From NCBI GenBank assembly GCA_043804515.1, contig JAZDIZ010000029.1, forward strand, positions 1 through 10,905: a DNA stretch of 10,905 bases. Direction: 5' to 3'. The first letter of the stretch is position 1, and every line of letters starts with the position of its first letter. The DNA is from Pseudomonadota bacterium (GTDB taxonomy: Bacteria; Bdellovibrionota_G; JALEGL01; DATDPG01). This document shows, one piece after another, positions 5,799-10,905 of the stretch. The notes under the pieces were generated by a model, which was not told where the DNA came from, did not search any database, and saw only the letters and a list, made by a program, of their open reading frames with translations. The position numbers and the translations under genes were made by a program.

Positions 5799-6761
5799 TC
5801 AGCCGATGATCTCGTCCCGCCCGGATCTTTTCCGGGCTTTCGCCAGCACGTATTTCTGCACGAAGAACGCCGCTTGGCTGATTTTCACTTCCAGCAGCCG
5901 GGGGTCGAGCAGCACGAACCGCATGGAAGCGAGGAAGGCCGCCGTCCGTCCGGGGAAACCACCGGCCGTCAGCATCCGGTCTTCCGCATCGGTCCAGTCG
6001 CGCAGCGTCCTCTCGTCCGCCCGAATTCCCAGCGCCTCGTGCAGCTTGACGTAGTCCCTCTTCACCCGGTTCAGGACATCCGGCTCCCGTTTGTAGCTGT
6101 ATGCGCTTATCGACCGGAATGCCACCAGCGGCTCCGGGATATAGCCTATCCTCCGTGCGGCTTTGAGCGCGGAAAGGAAAAGGAAAACGTCGTTGCGGTA
6201 ATAGTCCCCGAAGCGGAGGCCGTGCTTTTCCATGAACTCGCGCGGCATGACGAAATTCAGCCCGATGGTGGTCACCATCATGGCGTTCTTCCTGCAAAGT
6301 CCCGTGAATTCGGCCGGGTCCCAGGTCCTCTCCCGCTCGAAATAGAACGGGCTCTGCCGCTTGTCATAGATCTTCCTGTCCTGTTCGTCATAGGCGCAAT
6401 AGTTGAAATAGGTCAGGTCGGTCTTCTCCCGTTCAAGAAAATCCCTTATCCTTAAAAGCGCGTTTCTTCTCAGCCTGTCCTTGTCCGTGAGCAGCATGAC
6501 GTTCCTGCCCCGGCAGTATGCCAGGCACCGGTTGAAATTCTCGGTCATTCCGACGTGCTCGCTCTCGCGCATTATCCTTATGCGCCCGTCCTTCCCGAGC
6601 GCGGAAAGGGCTTTGGGGGTGTCGTCGCTCGATGCGTTGTCCACGATGACGAGCTCCCAGTCCCCGAATTCCTGCGCAAGCATGGAGTCGACCATGTCCG
6701 CAAGGTATCGGTGCCTGTTGTATGTCGGGATGCAGACCGAGAAATACGGGATGTCAGCCAT
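5799..6761 (-). CDS. Glycosyltransferase family 2 (GT-A fold)
   Basis: FSVCIPTYNR, ELVIVDNASSDDT, GMTENFN and DxD-like LTDKD. Start trimmed to ATG 6761 (MADIPYF) with GGAGG upstream; 8-nt overlap with the GT4 gene; 320 aa. Confidence 0.93.
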   Translation of the reverse strand: MADIPYFSVCIPTYNRHRYLADMVDSMLAQEFGDWELVIVDNASSDDTPKALSALGKDGRIRIMRESEHVGMTENFNRCLAYCRGRNVMLLTDKDRLRRNALLRIRDFLEREKTDLTYFNYCAYDEQDRKIYDKRQSPFYFERERTWDPAEFTGLCRKNAMMVTTIGLNFVMPREFMEKHGLRFGDYYRNDVFLFLSALKAARRIGYIPEPLVAFRSISAYSYKREPDVLNRVKRDYVKLHEALGIRADERTLRDWTDAEDRMLTAGGFPGRTAAFLASMRFVLLDPRLLEVKISQAAFFVQKYVLAKARKRSGRDEIIG

Positions 6762-7884
6762 GTTCCGCCTCCAGCATGAGCGCTTCCATTCGCGCTCTCT
6801 CTTGCGCGAGGACCTTGCCCCAGTCGTAGCGCTCCACGAATTCCCTGCCTTCCTTCGCGAGGCGTTCGCGCAGCTTGTCGTCGTCAAGGATCCCTCCGAG
6901 GGCTTTTGCGAACGCCTCGAAGTCGTTTTCCCTCACTTTGATCACCGCTTCCGTGGGGAAGACTTCCCGGTATACGGGCAGATCCCACACGACCGGCACA
7001 ACCCCGCACGCGAGCGCCTCCGCGATCGCGATGCCCCAGCCCTCCTCGTGCGACATGAATGCGAACGCTTTGGCGGCCTTCATGTAGGAGAATCTTTTCG
7101 TTCCCAGCACGCTTCCTTCGATGCGTATGTTCCCGTTGCCCGCGACGATTTTTCGCAGCTCCTCCAGTCCCTCCCCGCCGCCGATGATCCGCAGGCTGTA
7201 CCGCTCCAGCGGGGATTTCGAGAAGCAGCCGGCCAAGTCCATGACCCCTTTGAGGCGGTTTACCCGGCCTACGTACACGCAATCGAATTTTTTCCCGTCC
7301 GCCTCGGCGGAGTCGATCTGCGCGATGTCCAGGCCGCAATTGCTGAGCATCAGCCTCTCCTTCCTGAATCCGGCACGGAGGAGGTCGTCCGCAAGAAGAC
7401 GGTTGTCGCATACCACCAGATCCGCCTTCATTTTCATGAGCGTGTGCGTCGCGATCTGCCCGAAATACCCTGCCAATGCGCTGATGCGGCTTCCCGGCCT
7501 CTTCCATGGGGGGAGATAGAGGTGGAATATCTGGGCAACCCACCGGGTTCTCCCATCCGTCGTCCTGATGATGAACGCGCGCAGGACGTCCGGCATGTAG
7601 TCGTCCGGCGAATACACCATGGTCGGGCCGTTTATTCTTATCCTGACAAAAAGCGAACGAACGGTCCTTGCGACATATGCAAGAAGCACGTTCTGCTGCT
7701 CGTCATCCATGAGGATCGGGCGCATGTCGAAATCGTTCCGATGCGTATCCAGCCAGTGCCGCGTGGTGATGACCGTCTTCTCCCACCCTTTCAGGGCCTG
7801 CATGGCCGCGACGAATTTCATTCCGCCGCCGCAGACGACATTTTCCCGCGTCTGGCCGAGGCAGAATGCAATGACCTCCTTCAT
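6754..7884 (-). CDS. Glycosyltransferase family 4 (GT-B fold)
   Basis: YVGRVNRLKG and the E-x7-E motif SHEEGWGIAIAEALACG; C-terminal RYDW; GGTGAT just upstream of the ATG. Confidence 0.93.
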   Translation of the reverse strand: MKEVIAFCLGQTRENVVCGGGMKFVAAMQALKGWEKTVITTRHWLDTHRNDFDMRPILMDDEQQNVLLAYVARTVRSLFVRIRINGPTMVYSPDDYMPDVLRAFIIRTTDGRTRWVAQIFHLYLPPWKRPGSRISALAGYFGQIATHTLMKMKADLVVCDNRLLADDLLRAGFRKERLMLSNCGLDIAQIDSAEADGKKFDCVYVGRVNRLKGVMDLAGCFSKSPLERYSLRIIGGGEGLEELRKIVAGNGNIRIEGSVLGTKRFSYMKAAKAFAFMSHEEGWGIAIAEALACGVVPVVWDLPVYREVFPTEAVIKVRENDFEAFAKALGGILDDDKLRERLAKEGREFVERYDWGKVLAQERARMEALMLEAEHG

Positions 7885-7888
7885 CGCA

Positions 7889-8914
7889 TCACCGCGTCCG
7901 TTCCGATATCGCGCCCATGTTCGCGTCGATCCATGCCTTCATCCTTTTTATCCCCTCGAGCTTGTCCGTTTTCGGCGCCCAGCCAAGCTCGCGTCCGGCC
8001 TTGCGGATGTCCGACACGTAGATCTTCTGGTCCCCCGGCCTCCAATCCCCGAAACCGTATTCGGGCTCCACTCCGAGCCCGGCAAGTATTCCGAGATATT
8101 CGAGCAGGGAAATGCTCTGCTCCAGTCCTCCGCCGATGTTGTATATCTTCCCGGAAGAAACCCCCCTTTTTTCGTACGCCTTGTCGTACGCGTCAAAGAG
8201 GTCGTCCACGTACAGCACGTCCCTCACCTGTTTCCCGTCCCCGTATATCGTCAGTTTCCGGCCGAGCTTCGACGCAATCAGGAACCAGGCCAGCCATCCC
8301 TGGTCCTCGATGCCGAACTGGTTGGGCCCGTAGATGCATGACTGCCTGAATACGGTGGTGTCGACCCCGTATATGCGGTGGTAATCCCGCACGTACTGGT
8401 CGGCGCACCCCTTCGAGCATCCGTACGGGGAATGAAAATCGACGCACGTCTCTTCGCTCACTCCGTTCTTTGGCTCAAGCAGCGAATACCGTTTCTCTTC
8501 CTCCTTGGTCTTTATGCCTTCGAGGCCCCCGTACACCTTGTTCGTGGACGCATACGTCAAGTGGGGCGACGTGGCCGCTTTCCGGACCGCCTCGCAGACA
8601 TTGAGCGAGCCGAGCGCGTTTATCTCGAAATCGCCGCGCGGGTCGGCCACCGATTCCGTCACCGCCACCTGCGCTGCAAGGTGATACACCCGGTCGCATT
8701 CTCCGACCGCCTTCTGGAGGGCTTCGATATCCCTTGCCACGTCCAGCCTTTCGAATACGAGTTTGCCTCCGCCCATGCTTTTGAGCCACTTGAGGTTTTC
8801 CTCGGACCCCTTCCGCCTGAGGCTGTCCAACACGACCACTTCCTCCCCGCGCGCGAGCAATTTGGCGGCAAAATTGCTCCCGATGAATCCCGCCCCGCCT
8901 GTTATGACATGCAA
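7889..8914 (-). CDS. rfbE: CDP-paratose/tyvelose 2-epimerase-like extended SDR
   Basis: ITGGAGFIGSN, HLAAQVAVTES, DFEINALG, STNKVYG, FHSPYGCSKGCADQY, DQGWLAWF, GKQVRDVL, RPGDQ are signature segments of tyvelose epimerase. TTG start preceded by GGTGAT (8921-8926). Substrate not established. Confidence 0.85.
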   Translation of the reverse strand: MHVITGGAGFIGSNFAAKLLARGEEVVVLDSLRRKGSEENLKWLKSMGGGKLVFERLDVARDIEALQKAVGECDRVYHLAAQVAVTESVADPRGDFEINALGSLNVCEAVRKAATSPHLTYASTNKVYGGLEGIKTKEEEKRYSLLEPKNGVSEETCVDFHSPYGCSKGCADQYVRDYHRIYGVDTTVFRQSCIYGPNQFGIEDQGWLAWFLIASKLGRKLTIYGDGKQVRDVLYVDDLFDAYDKAYEKRGVSSGKIYNIGGGLEQSISLLEYLGILAGLGVEPEYGFGDWRPGDQKIYVSDIRKAGRELGWAPKTDKLEGIKRMKAWIDANMGAISERTR

Positions 8915-8930
8915 GATAATATCACCCTTT

Positions 8931-9875
8931 TTAGCGTCTGCCCGGCAATCCCCTAAAATATGAAACCGTTCTCCTTATCCCTTCCGGCAGCGGCGTTTTC
9001 GGTCCCCACCCCAGCTTTTCTTTCGCAAGCGAAATATCGGGTTTCCTTCTCTTCGGGTCGTCCTGCGGGAGGGGCCGGTATCTGATCTCTATCGGAGCGC
9101 CAATCTCTTTCTCCACCTCCTTCACGAGCTCAAGGACCGTGCGCTCCTGCGGGTTTCCGAGGTTCACTGGCCCGGCAAAATCCTTCGGCATTTTCTCCAT
9201 CCGCCCAAAGCCGTCCATGAGATCGTCCACGTAGCAGAACGACCGGGTCTGCCTGCCGTTTCCGTGTATGGTGACCGGTTTTCCCGCCAGTGCCTGCGTT
9301 ATGATGTTGCTGACCACCCTCCCGTCGTCCGGATCCATGTGGGGCCCGTACGTGTTGAATATCCTCACGACTTTTATCTCCAGGCCCGTCTTGCGCGCGA
9401 AATCGAAGAGCAGCGTTTCGGCCGCCCGCTTGCCTTCGTCATAGCATGCGCGCGCGCCGATCGGATTCACGTGGCCCCAGTACGTTTCCGCCTGGGGATG
9501 CTCGAGCGGGTCGCCGTACACCTCCGAAGTGGAGGTGTGGAAAACGGGGACATTCTCTTTCGATGCGTACTGGAGAATGTTCCACGCCCCCCACACCGAC
9601 GTGCGGAAAGTCTGCACGGGGTCCCTCTGGTATCTTGGGGGAGACGCCGGACACGCGAGATTATAGACATAATCCACCTTTCCCACGTCCGGCAATGGCC
9701 GGACGATGTCGTGCAGGGTGAATCCAAATCCTCCAAACTCCTTAAGCTTTTTCAGGTTGTCCTCCGTGCCGCTCGAGAGGTCGTCCAGGGCCACGACTTC
9801 GTGCCCTTCCCGGAGCAGCCGGATGCACAGGTTCGTGCCCAGGAATCCGGCCCCGCCGCTTACAAGATATCTCAT
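8931..9875 (-). CDS. uxs: UDP-glucuronic acid decarboxylase (UDP-xylose synthase)
   Basis: GGAGFLG, LACPASP, STSEVYGDP, YWGHVNPIGARACYDEGKRAAE, RIFNTYGP, DGRVVSN, QTRSFCYVDD, DDPKRRKPDIS. Confidence 0.93.
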   Translation of the reverse strand: MRYLVSGGAGFLGTNLCIRLLREGHEVVALDDLSSGTEDNLKKLKEFGGFGFTLHDIVRPLPDVGKVDYVYNLACPASPPRYQRDPVQTFRTSVWGAWNILQYASKENVPVFHTSTSEVYGDPLEHPQAETYWGHVNPIGARACYDEGKRAAETLLFDFARKTGLEIKVVRIFNTYGPHMDPDDGRVVSNIITQALAGKPVTIHGNGRQTRSFCYVDDLMDGFGRMEKMPKDFAGPVNLGNPQERTVLELVKEVEKEIGAPIEIRYRPLPQDDPKRRKPDISLAKEKLGWGPKTPLPEGIRRTVSYFRGLPGRR

Positions 9876-9935
9876 GAGTTTCCAACCCGTCCGGTCCGCC
9901 CGTCTTCTTTGCGGGCGGCTGTCCGGTTTTTCGGT

Positions 9936-10496
9936 CTAATCGAACTTGATGCAGTCACTGAATCTCGGCCACTTTCCGTCCTTTTCGGAAACCGTCGCGT
10001 TCTCCGGCTCCGGCCACGGAACGTTCAAATCCTCGTCATTGTATATGATGCCGCATTCGTCCTGCGGCGAATACGGCCTGCTCATCTTGTAGAGCATGCA
10101 CGCCTCGTCCGATACGGTCTTGAACGCATGGGCGAATCCCTGCGGGATGTACAGCGTATGCATGTTTTCCGACGACAGGACGATGCTTTTGTGTTTCCCG
10201 TATGTCCGGGATTTTCTGCGCAGATCGACGATCACGTCGAAAATCTCCCCTTTCAGGCACCAGACGAGTTTCGCCTGCGAGTGCTCCCCCCGCTGGTAAT
10301 GGAATCCGCGGATCACGCCTTTCCTCGAGACCGACATGAATTCCTCGGCAAAATTCGCCGGCACGCCCCGTCTTGCGAGCATTTCATCGGTGAAGGATTT
10401 GACGAAAAGTCCCCGGTCGTCCTCGAACCAGTACGGCTTTATCACGAAAGCCCCCCCGAAATCCAAATCTTCTATCTCAAGCCTGCTTCGTATCAT
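9936..10496 (-). CDS. rmlC: dTDP-4-dehydrorhamnose 3,5-epimerase
   Basis: DDRGLF, SRKGVIRGFHYQ, QAKLVWC, DVIVDLR, LYIPQGFAHAF, VSEKD. Start set at ATG 10496 (MIRSRLE) with GAGGT upstream; the ORF-track start at 10535 lies deeper inside the upstream gene. Confidence 0.93.
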   Translation of the reverse strand: MIRSRLEIEDLDFGGAFVIKPYWFEDDRGLFVKSFTDEMLARRGVPANFAEEFMSVSRKGVIRGFHYQRGEHSQAKLVWCLKGEIFDVIVDLRRKSRTYGKHKSIVLSSENMHTLYIPQGFAHAFKTVSDEACMLYKMSRPYSPQDECGIIYNDEDLNVPWPEPENATVSEKDGKWPRFSDCIKFD

Positions 10497-10905
10497 TCTC
10501 GACCTCTTTTCCAAGCGTTTCCATCTGTGCGCCAAGCGGCTTTATCTTGACATATTTTTCAATCTTTGCGATGCTGACCTTAAGATGCGCCGGTATCCTT
10601 ATCTTCCGGACGCCCGTTATCGTCCGGGTTATGCGCGCGCGCCCGAACCCGAAGCATTCGCGCATCCTTTGCGCCAGATCGTATCTCGAAACATAATCCG
10701 GTCCAACGGCATTGAATGTCCCGCCCTCGGAGCCTGCCGCCATCTTTTCGATCACCCTTGCAAGCTCCCCGGCCCATATCGGCTGGGAGAATTGGTCGTC
10801 CGCAGCCGCGAATTCCTCCCCCAAGCGATCCGCCTTCCTGAGCCTCGAGAACGCGTCAAGCCCTTTGGGGTAGGGTCCAAAAAGCCCCGTGGTCCTGAGG
10901 ATCAG
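10477..10905 (-). CDS. rmlD: dTDP-4-dehydrorhamnose reductase-like SDR, C-terminal part (5' end outside window)
   Basis: The frame is open from the window edge: LILRTTGLFGP...AADDQFSQPIWAGELA...GTFNAVGPDYVSRYDLA, resembling the RmlD substrate-binding domain; adjacent to rmlC. Confidence 0.8.
   Translation of the reverse strand: MILRTTGLFGPYPKGLDAFSRLRKADRLGEEFAAADDQFSQPIWAGELARVIEKMAAGSEGGTFNAVGPDYVSRYDLAQRMRECFGFGRARITRTITGVRKIRIPAHLKVSIAKIEKYVKIKPLGAQMETLGKEVENDTKQA

Noticed and set aside
6481..8349. 622-aa plus-strand ORF, and similar antisense ORFs (624-1490, 3365-4468, 5646-6455, 9264-10550)
   Set aside because: Shadow ORFs opposite well-supported genes in GC-rich DNA, with no recognisable motifs.
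3069..9926. TGTCCGG recurring in three intergenic regions (3069, 5647, 9920)
   Set aside because: Short GC-rich word that also occurs within coding sequence (e.g. 10203), so not distinguishable from chance.

Overview
GC-rich window that is almost entirely a surface-glycan / nucleotide-sugar biosynthesis cluster. Promoter and RBS signals (TATA-like boxes, GGTGAT-type Shine-Dalgarno, AGG/ATA codons) point to an archaeal host, but this is inference. On the minus strand, reading right to left: partial rmlD-like reductase, rmlC, UDP-glucuronate decarboxylase, CDP-paratose/tyvelose 2-epimerase-like SDR, a GT4 and a GT2 glycosyltransferase, then a wbpD-wbpB-wbpE-like trio for a 2,3-diacetamido-uronic acid. 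A two-gene plus-strand cassette (NodU/CmcH carbamoyltransferase plus class I SAM methyltransferase) interrupts this run; it has different codon habits and GGCCCGGGCC-cored palindromes on both sides. Three non-coding items stand out. (1) An IS200/IS605-type miniature element with a train of hairpins at 1-189, whose terminal TTCAT supplies the aminotransferase stop codon. (2) A compact, highly paired hairpin plus three-way-junction element at 2930-3031, lying between a TATA-like box and a T-rich tract, which is a candidate undescribed ncRNA or leader RNA. (3) A palindromic structure between the convergent genes at about 5668-5720.
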